64,000 nt of DNA from Candidatus Latescibacterota bacterium. Lineage in GTDB: Bacteria; Latescibacterota; UBA2968. The DNA lies in NCBI GenBank assembly GCA_965198115.1, contig OZ240241.1:5952001-6016000 (forward strand). Reading direction: 5' to 3'. The translations under genes and the position numbers were made by a program. Every line of letters begins with the position of its first letter. Within the stretch, counting starts at the first letter, position 1. Below the pieces are notes generated by a model. That model searched no databases. It was not told the origin of the DNA and saw only the letters and a list, made by a program, of their open reading frames with translations. Positions 18,467 to 26,643 of this stretch are shown one piece after another.

Positions 18467-19330
18467 CTAGACAGCCGCCTTGAATGAGTCCGTGATCACG
18501 GACTCGATCACGGCACTGTGATTTTCTAGATTCTCCGGCGTAAGGCGAATTCGGTAGCGCCCCGATCGTTCGTCATAGTCCATGACATCAAGGCCAGCTG
18601 TCTCCAATTGCTGCAGTGTTGAATCGGATCGCTCAAGCCTCGGCTCAAACCGGATAAACGTCTTTTTCGGCCGGAAGATCACAAGGTTGTTCGGCGCGCC
18701 ATTCTTCGCGAGCCCGATGTAGAACCTGTTGTACTTGAGTTCCAGATCAGGGTTTAACCGTTTCACGATCTCCAGGATGGCATCTGCCATCGCGACGGTC
18801 TTCGGAGAGCCTAGGTTTTCCCAATAACTACGATCTGTAACCTCATGGGTGTCCTCGTCTTCCTCCACTAAGCCAAAGTTCAACTGATCGACCACTTTGG
18901 TGAACACGAGACCTGTTGAATCTCCTGTTTGAAATGCGCTCATCTGTAGTGCCATGAGCGGAATCTGACCGTTGAAAAGACTGATCACGTTCAGGAATCT
19001 GGCAGTGATGTCCTCGGCCACAATTACGGCAGAGTGTTCATACTGGGGATAGCGCTTCCTCTCAATGTCCCAGTACTCAATTGTACGAATGATGTGAGAT
19101 TCGTCCGTGGCCCCAAGCTGAATCTCCACTTCGTACCGTCGACTCGTATCAGCACCCTGCAGCAACAGGTCAAGCCGACCCGCCCGAGGCTGGATTCGCT
19201 CCTTGTCTTTTAGGATAACATCTCCGAGGCCCAATAGCGCTGGGTCATCGGCAATTCGATCCTGCACCCATCTCTCGGTGAACTGTTGGTGGTTCTTGAG
19301 GAGAATACGTTCGAACTTCACGTAGGTCAT
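18467..19330 (-). CDS. NucS/EndoMS-like PD-(D/E)xK nuclease with DUF5655-like C-terminus (287 aa)
   Basis: ERWVQDRI...GRLDLLL...YEVEIQLGATDESHIIRTIEYW...AVIVAE; C-terminal LKYNRFYIGL. Confidence 0.7.
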   Translation of the reverse strand: MTYVKFERILLKNHQQFTERWVQDRIADDPALLGLGDVILKDKERIQPRAGRLDLLLQGADTSRRYEVEIQLGATDESHIIRTIEYWDIERKRYPQYEHSAVIVAEDITARFLNVISLFNGQIPLMALQMSAFQTGDSTGLVFTKVVDQLNFGLVEEDEDTHEVTDRSYWENLGSPKTVAMADAILEIVKRLNPDLELKYNRFYIGLAKNGAPNNLVIFRPKKTFIRFEPRLERSDSTLQQLETAGLDVMDYDERSGRYRIRLTPENLENHSAVIESVITDSFKAAV

Positions 19331-19418
19331 CGGCGCGCCCCTAGGCTATTTTCCACGAGCGAAAGCTGTTGTGCAGTTTCATAGCGAACTGACGGGTATT
19401 GGGACAACGGAAGCACCG

Positions 19419-19631
19419 TTACGCCAACAGCAGACGCTCGCCCTTGGGTTCCGGTATTGGATCGCCGAACTCTCTCGCTGTATCAATCCAGAGTTCCATC
19501 GCTTGAGTGACGTTCCTGAGAGCGGCATCCTGAGTGTCTCCATGAGCCATACATCCGGGAAGTTCTGGAACTTCAGCCACGAAAGCACTGTCTGCGTTGC
19601 TCCAATAGAGAATGATCTCGTACTTATACAT
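19419..19631 (-). CDS. hicB: HicB-family antitoxin (no hicA seen nearby)
   Basis: YEIILYWS..D.AFVAEVPELPGCMAHGDTQ..AL.N...A.ELWI......GDPIPEPKG. Confidence 0.9.
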   Translation of the reverse strand: MYKYEIILYWSNADSAFVAEVPELPGCMAHGDTQDAALRNVTQAMELWIDTAREFGDPIPEPKGERLLLA

Positions 19632-19831
19632 CGCAGTCAGGAAGCTCCCCAGCCACGGTGGTCACGTAATTCAGTCTCTGGAAAACCTGCAGGGATGAGT
19701 GGCCGCGGTCTCAGGACACGGCACCGAGTCGGTAGCTGCCCAGCGCGACAGATTCCGTTCCGCACCATCCTGGCTGGATCTGCTGAGCGCCCTGCGGGTA
19801 GCGACTACGGTTTCACCACGGACGATCAACC

Positions 19832-21490
19832 ATGCTAGAGCCTGAAATCCCAACCATGACCCAGCACCCTCTACAGGAACAACTGCGAAACCCGCTCACA
19901 AAAAAAGGCGACGAAAGAGACCGCTCTCGCATCGTGTCTGCGTTTCCCGTACTCAAGTCCGATGCTCGCTCGGGCTGCCTCGTTCTCCGCCGCTATCTGG
20001 ATAGGCGCCCGGAAAGGCTCTTCGATAAAGTCAGCTGCAATGTCTACTTAGATTGGCTCCAGGAGCGCGACGCAAACGACCATCGTGCGCTCAAGAAGTA
20101 TCTTGATCAGTTTGGCAGTGAAATCAGCAGCGCGTTGCTCTTCTTAGAGGACATTAACTCCAGGACATAGCACGACGAGTCGTTTGCCGAACACGACGAA
20201 TATCGTCTTCTTCGGAATATTGACGTCCACATTCACCCTAGCTACCTGCGCGTTGTTGAGGCGATCTTGGCCCCACTGATTCGACCCTTGGCCTACTTCC
20301 GTCGAATCCGTCGAGGAAAGGGTACCGATGGACTTGACGTCTGGAATGTAGTGCAAGAGCTCAAGTCCATGGGGCAGCCGGAGGACCTCTTGACTTCACC
20401 CTACAACCATGTGATCAGAAACGGAATTGCTCACGGGGCAATCGTGTTTCGTCGTAACAGGAAAATATGTTATCGCGACAAGAGGGGCAACGAGGAGACA
20501 CACTTCGCCGGGACGGTCGTACGCATGTTCGACGACCTCTTGGATACGTGTAACGGATTGGCGTTGGCGCTCAAGATGTTCTTTCTCACAAGACGCAAGC
20601 GAGGCTACAAGCAACCTCGTCAGCTACTCATGGAAGAACTTCAGGAAGAAACCCGGACGCCGTGGTGGACAATAGATGGATGCGTGGAGTCAGAGATTCC
20701 CGGAAAGACTCAATTGATAGTCTACGCTCAGCCACAGACACTCCACCACGGGCTCGTGCAGTGGTCAGTCGTCCAATCTGGAATATTGGCCGAGTTCTTT
20801 GCTACTGGCTACGACCGATATTTGCTGTCTCTCCGGTCACGACGAGCGTGGTCCGGCTGGGCGGCGTTCGACGGGCGAAAGTTGAGGCAGCTGCGGGAGG
20901 CACGAGTTAACGATATGGTGCAGTATCGGGGCATCGTCGAGAGTGACCTAATATATGTTCCTTGGATATCGGTACCTAGAATCCTGGCGAAAGCTATCGT
21001 TCTCTTGAAGAGCCTGAAGCTCTCCATGCGGTTAGCTATGCAACAGCTCAGGCAGGACCTGGGGATTCCCTTGATCGTCTGCAGAAGCGCCAGTATTCAT
21101 CGAAACGGGTGGGGTGCCGTTCTGAGAGCGGACGTCGTCGTGGAGGGCATTTATGGGAAGCCAGCGGTTGACGCCATATCCAAGTACAGACGGCGTATTG
21201 CTAGACTGGCGAAAAGATACGCGCGGAAGTTGAATCGTTTGACGACAGCGACCTATCTTCCGCTCGCCTTTCTTCAGGTCAACATATACCGGCGGGACTA
21301 CCGACGCCGACGTTTAGGTGAGATCGGCTTGGGTAAAGACTTGATTTGCACGTTGAGCTTCCAGCGTATGCGTCGAATAAAGTCACCGGACATAATCGGG
21401 GCGACAGTCCACGTCATCGGCAAATGGCGCATCGCGTGGAACAGGGCATGGCTACAGACATGGTCTGAGAACGGGGACGACGTGACGTGA
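19832..21490 (+). pseudogene. About 550-aa putative HEPN-domain protein interrupted by one in-frame TAG (20168-20170)
   Basis: ORFs 19832..20170 and 20267..21490 are in the same frame with open sequence between; contains the RxxxxH motif RNGIAH. Confidence 0.65.
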
Positions 21491-21770
21491 ATTGAGAAGC
21501 ATAGTAGGGGTGTCGGCGGGATCGAATGCGGCGAGTGTGACTCCGCGGGGAAGAGAGCATCGCGGCGCTCTGCCGCCGCGAAGGCCTGGCGCCACTGGCA
21601 GTACCACAATTGTAAGGAAGGGCCTAGGAGTCAGGATCGGGACGCGCTGAAAGTCATTCCTGGGGCTTCTTACGGTGACCAGCCGCCTTGAGCCGTAGCC
21701 GAGGGGCGCTGTCACCCGCAGGGTAGCACAGCGTAAAACCCTCTTACCGGTGGACGGTTTTCAGCTGCAC

Positions 21771-22173
21771 TTACCGATGAAGGGCGACGATCTCGCCGGC
21801 GATCTGGCGCTCGAGAAGGTCGATCTGCTCCTGCAGCGCGGCGACCATCCCCTCCACATCAGCCGCCGTCTCGTCCGAGATTTGCTTAATGGCACGGAGG
21901 CGCGTGTCCGATTTTTCGTCCTCATCGTTCGCAATCCCGGCGATGACCTCGATGCGATCCCGGCGGAGCGTGAGCGGAATATCGGACAAGTCAACCCGAA
22001 ATTCAGCCTTGCACCGGGCCTTCTCGGCCAGAAATGCATCATCTTTGAGCCAATTGTAAATTTTGGAACGCGTTACACCCACATTCCAACGCCATTTTTT
22101 TCGTGTTCTGGCCCGAGATCTCAAGCCTGGCGCACACATTGGGCGCACTCGATGTGCTTTCGGTGAGTGTCAT
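21771..22173 (-). CDS. HTH / terminase-small-subunit-like protein with one frameshift near 22080
   Basis: GAGGGG RBS and ATG 22173; KKMALECG/VTRSKIYNWLKDDAF HTH; AEFRVDLSDIPL recalls DUF2280-type proteins. Confidence 0.5.
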
Positions 22174-22382
22174 GGCCCCTCTTTTTGCGTCATTCTAACA
22201 AACGGGTGCTTTTCAGGCCAAAATATAGGCCCTTTGCCAGTGGTGGACTAGGATCCAGCGTTTTGGAATCAACTGGAATCAATTTATAGCCGGTCGAAAT
22301 TAAATGGTTGACAGCACCGATATCGAACCCCTCGTGGCGCGATTCCGAGGTTCTGTGAGCGAGAAACGTTTTGCGTCTTCGG

Positions 22383-22416
22383 TTAGAGTGTGATAACCTC
22401 CTTTATCACACTCTAA
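22383..22416. other. lox/dif-like recombination site: 14-bp inverted arms around a 6-bp spacer
   Basis: TTAGAGTGTGATAA-CCTCCT-TTATCACACTCTAA, 20 bp upstream of a tyrosine recombinase ATG. Confidence 0.75.
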
Positions 22417-22435
22417 AATCGGGAGGCCCCGCGAC

Positions 22436-23422
22436 ATGAACCGACCGCCCCGCTTCAGCCCGCGCCCCTGTTCGCCCCGACGCCCAAGGCCGCCCGGCGC
22501 TTCCCGAGTTTTTCACCGCCCAGATCAACAACCCCCACACCCGCCGGGCCTACCTGAGTGCCGCGCGGCGTTTTGACGCCTGGTGCGACGCCCGCGGCAT
22601 CGCCCGGCTCACCGACGTGCAGGCCTTCCACGTCGCCGCCTTCATCAAGGATCTGCAGGGAGCGTGCTCCCCGCCCACCGTCAAGCAGCACCTGGCCGCT
22701 TTGCGCATGCTTTTTGACTGGCTGGTGACCGGCCACGTTCTGGAGGTAAACCCCGCCCACGCCGTGCGCGGCCCCAAATACGTCGTCAGAAAAGGCAAGA
22801 CGCCCGTCCTGACGGCCGGGGAAGCCCGCGAGCTGCTCGAGAGCATCGGGACGGTCCGAACGACGAAGCGCCAGGACGGAGTGGACGGGGAACCGTCCCT
22901 TGTCGGCCTGCGCGACCGCGCTCTGATCGGCGCCATGGTCTACACCTTCGCCCGCGTCAACGCCGTGCTGAAGATGAAAGTCCGCGACTTCTTCGTGCAG
23001 GGCCGCCGCGGATGGGTGCGGCTGCACGAAAAAGGCGGCAAGGAGCATGAAGTCCCCTGCCACCACAACCTGGAGCGGTATCTGGACGAATACATCGCCG
23101 GCGCCGGCATCGCGGAGGACCCGGACGCGCCCCTGTTCCAGACCGCGGCCGGGAGAACGGGCCGGCTCACCGGCAACGCTCTGTGGCAGCAGGACGCCTA
23201 TCGCAACGCATGATCCAACGGCGGGCAAAGGCCGCCGGCATCCAGACCCGGATCGGCAACCACACCTTCCGCGCCACCGGCATCACCGCCTACCTGAAGA
23301 ACAGCGGCACGCTCGAGACGGCGCAGCACATCGCCAACCACGAGTCCCCACGGACCACCAAGCTCTACGACCGGAGGCAGGATGAGATTTCGCTGGACGA
23401 GGTGGAACGGATCGCCATTTAG
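22436..23422 (+). pseudogene. Tyrosine recombinase/resolvase with frameshifts near 22450 and 23205
   Basis: NPHTRRAY, LRDRALI...YTFARV, LHEKGGK, GNHTFRATGIT, ANHESPRTTKLY. Confidence 0.9.
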
Positions 23423-23554
23423 GGTCTCTTCGACTCTCAAAAAGTGGCCCAGGAAGCCGTCAGAGGTGTTTCTGGCCTGGAGGTGGACCGCCGCACCAAC
23501 CCCAAAAACCGGCACGAGTTCAAGCGCGTGACGTAGCGTAGGAGCCGCGCCAGC

Positions 23555-23641
23555 GGCTTGATACGGTGGTCGTGATTTTGGCATCGTGACATCCTCCTAT
23601 TTCCAAACACTTAGGATGTCCACCAAAACGGGTCAACTCCA
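23555..23641 (-). mobile_element. IS3-family left-end remnant
   Basis: IR-like TGGAGTTGACCCGTTTTGGTGGACA (23641-23617), AGGAGG RBS and orfA start MPKSRPPY. Confidence 0.6.
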
Positions 23642-23881
23642 ATCATGTAGAGCGTATAGGGACCGAAGCCGGTTGCCGGGGTTGCTGCGGGCGCCATCGT
23701 TCGCGCCATGAAGCCGCGCTCCGGGTCCTCTTCACTGGCCCCCGACCAACTGGTTTACCTGATCAGCGAGGGTGAAGCCCCGCCGTGCCGGTGGTGGGGT
23801 TTCGCGGAGCGCCTGGATGGGGCCGCCCAGATCGGCCAAGGCTTCCCCGATGGGAAACAACTCGCCGCGTTGACGCTGCAT
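23642..23881 (-). pseudogene. repA: RepA remnant, copy 3
   Basis: MQRQRGELFPIGEAL...FTLADQVNQLVGASEEDPERGFMARTMA; shares the upstream 19-mer CATGGGAGAATAAGCCATG with copy 1. Confidence 0.75.
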
Positions 23882-25195
23882 GGCTTATTCTCCCATGTTC
23901 CCCAGAGGGTCACCACTCATCACCGGAGGCGATGGCAGTTGGCGCAGCCTGTCCAGTCTTCGAAAGCGAATGAGGTTGGGTCAATAGGTGTGTAAACGTA
24001 TCAGGCGGCATTCTTTCGCTGAGATTTAAACCAGCGAGCCCGGGTGACAGCCCGGGGAAAGGAACGTCGCCTCTCTTTTTACACACCCTTTGTGTTACGG
24101 CTTACGATAGATTCCCGCTCAGGTTACGCTATTCGCATTCTCACGCACCAAGAACTGACGACCGGAGATAAGGGGGATGAACTCTCTGGGCGTTCCGATG
24201 TAGACCGCCCTTTTCATTTTCCCACACGCGCGAGAAATAGGCTCTCGAACCGCGAAAATAGCGCGTTTCGACCGATTAGGCTCAAGACGTGGCCAGGCCA
24301 GGTCCCAGCGGGCATAGGGGGGTGGAAAACCTGTGGCCGTCCGACCGGAGACCGGTTGAGACGCTTTCTTTTGCTAAAACGTCCTAAAAAACACTTTTGG
24401 ACGGGGCGTCGCGGCCGTCGTCGACGAAAGGGGGCTTTTCAGGTGTCGGAAACACTTAAACGAGTTCAAAAACAGGGACTTGCGATAGTCGACAACAGCC
24501 ACGAGGTGTTGCGGCATTCCTGGATCGCCAATGGCAAGGAATACGAGATCATCCTGAAGGTTTCTCCCCTTCCTTCCCGATCTTTTTCCGCCCAAGAGAG
24601 CTCCCGGAGTTGGCTTCCCTGCTGAGTAGGGGGAATTATGACGCCACCGCTGCACCTTCGCGCTCAGCTCGTGGAGCAGCACCTCGACCCGCCTGAGCCT
24701 CCTGCTCCTGCGGATCGACGGTGGCGAGCTGGCGCTCGTCGTCCTTGGCCCGGAGCCCAGGCGTCGGGGCGGTGTCCAGATGCAGGCTCGCCCGGCTTCC
24801 CTGTCGAGGATGTGCTAGGAGCGGAGGTAGGGCAGCCGTACGATCGGGTTATCACAACGGCAAGCTGTCCCGGACATCTCCCCGCTCTGGGTTCGATAAG
24901 CCAGATGATGTCTTCCAGAAAGGCCCCCCTAGAAGGACCTGTTTCCTTCCACCCCGGTAGAGTTTCCTGGTCCTGTTCTCTACCGGGGTGCTTCACTCAC
25001 GATCAGCAAAGCCGGAAGAAACCCAGGATCTTAATCCCTCTTCCTCACATCCAGAACTTATCGACTACCTATCCGCCGCATTCCAGAGGAATCCTCCTCC
25101 ATAATGGTCGGTTCCAGTAGATCCGCACCAAATTCCCCTCATCGTCATACTCGAGGCAACGGACCTCTTGAGTCGTCTCATTGCTTCCTCTAGAT

Positions 25196-25504
25196 TCATC
25201 GTTTCTTCTGAGAGGAGTTCAATGAATGTCTGGCGCTTCCCGTGGTCTTTTTTCTATGCTCTCTTTTCGTCCCGAAGCCATAGAACTCACGCCATGCTGC
25301 GATTGCCGATCGTGCCGTTTTCTCTTCCTCGTGAGTCAGCTTACCCATCCGCGCATCGCTAGACAGAAGCACGACATCCGCCAACGTCAACGTGTGTGGA
25401 TGCTTCGCGAGACGCTCGTGATGCACCCTCTTCTTTTTACCTGTTAGCTGCTGAACCGCGTCCTCCAGACGCATCTTCTCACGCTTCGCACGTTCGAGGT
25501 TCAC
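25196..25504 (-). CDS. Hypothetical protein (102 aa), coupled to the upstream terS-like gene
   Basis: AGGAGG RBS, GTGA start/stop overlap. Confidence 0.55.
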   Translation of the reverse strand: MNLERAKREKMRLEDAVQQLTGKKKRVHHERLAKHPHTLTLADVVLLSSDARMGKLTHEEEKTARSAIAAWREFYGFGTKREHRKKTTGSARHSLNSSQKKR

Positions 25505-26073
25505 CTCCTGCCTCCAGCCGGGACACTGACTCTTACATCTTCCACCATCTCACGTAACTCATTGAGGAGCGATTCAATCTCCTTCAGCTTGAGTCCCGCA
25601 CGTGTAGATTCCAACTTTCCGACCCGACCGAGCAAGCGGTCGATCAGTATCCAGTAGTCCGGACGTCGCTTCGTCGCCGAGCGGTTGATTTGGCCATTGT
25701 CGTCGAGTTCGGCGCGGATCTCCGACACCCGCAGGTCTGACGGTTCCTTTTCGATTCGGCCGAGTAGCTTCTCCACCCGCTCCTGCTTGATCCCCACGGC
25801 GTCCATCTGCGCCTTGAAAGCGCGTTTTAGCTGCAATTTTGCAAGACGGATCTCGTCGTCGATAGACCCGATCGGGATACGCTCCCAGGCCTCCTTCTCG
25901 CTCTCCGTAAGAGCTTCTGCGTAGACGCCATGACGTAGGTTGTTCATCTGTCCTTTCGGTGTCTTGCCGCCGTGCATCCTACAGCGACCGTTCTCCATCG
26001 CTCGATTCTTGCAGCGGCCGCCAGATCGGGTTTTCGCGTGACACCGTAACCATTTGCATGGGGTAATTCCCAA
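25501..26073 (-). CDS. HGGxSTG-domain protein / phage terminase small subunit-like
   Basis: CHAKTRSGGRCKNRAMENGRCRMHGGKTP...NNLRHGVYA...SIDDEIRLAK; start uncertain. Confidence 0.75.
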   Translation of the reverse strand: MGITPCKWLRCHAKTRSGGRCKNRAMENGRCRMHGGKTPKGQMNNLRHGVYAEALTESEKEAWERIPIGSIDDEIRLAKLQLKRAFKAQMDAVGIKQERVEKLLGRIEKEPSDLRVSEIRAELDDNGQINRSATKRRPDYWILIDRLLGRVGKLESTRAGLKLKEIESLLNELREMVEDVRVSVPAGGRR

Positions 26074-26249
26074 AACTGATATCCTGGGCCGAGAGTGGCA
26101 GCTAGCGATACGCCAGAGCCCACTGGGCGAACATCGCGATCACTTCCTGATACTCCTTCGTCCGGTCCTGGAGCTTCTTGCCCAGCGCGTGCATCTTGTC
26201 GGTGACTACCTTATGCTCCTTCCTGGCGACACCTCAACGGCGTCAGCGG

Positions 26250-26453
26250 TCATCTAGCAGGCTCCGCACGGTTTCGGGCATGGACGCGGGCGGCGATCCA
26301 CTCGGATACCTCGGCGTCCAACCAGCCGACGGCCCGCGGACCCAGTTTGATCGGCCGCGGGAACCTGCCTCCCTGGATATAAGCGTACAGCGACGACCGT
26401 CCCAGCCCGGTGCGTCTCGACACCTCGGGCAGTCTCAGGATCTGATTGGCCAT
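26250..26453 (-). CDS. alpA: AlpA-family regulator / excisionase
   Basis: ILRLPEVSRRTGLGRSSLYAYIQGGRFPRPIKLGPRAVGWLDAEVSEWI; GGGAGGA RBS. Confidence 0.93.
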   Translation of the reverse strand: MANQILRLPEVSRRTGLGRSSLYAYIQGGRFPRPIKLGPRAVGWLDAEVSEWIAARVHARNRAEPAR

Positions 26454-26643
26454 CTCTATCCTCCCCTGGTGGGTCATGGACGACTCTCACCCAGTACTGC
26501 CCGACGGTTTCCCGTTGTACGAAAACGGGTTTCCGTAGTCCGCGCGGCATCCCGTTGCCGGACATAGGGATGGCACCGTTGTACACAAAAAGGCCGTCGG
26601 CCCAGAGACGGCACCGACGGCTGGAGTTGATGAGTGAGCCGGT

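Larger units (their letters stand above)
17938..22343 (+). repeat. 37-bp direct repeat pair (17938-17974 and 22307-22343, 1 mismatch)
   Basis: GTTGACAGCACCGATATCGAAC(A/C)CCTCGTGGCGCGAT. Confidence 0.9.

Noticed and set aside
20168-20170. Programmed amber read-through (pyrrolysine or recoding)
   Set aside because: No pyl genes or suppressor tRNA in the window, and TAG ends normal genes here. A nonsense mutation is simpler.
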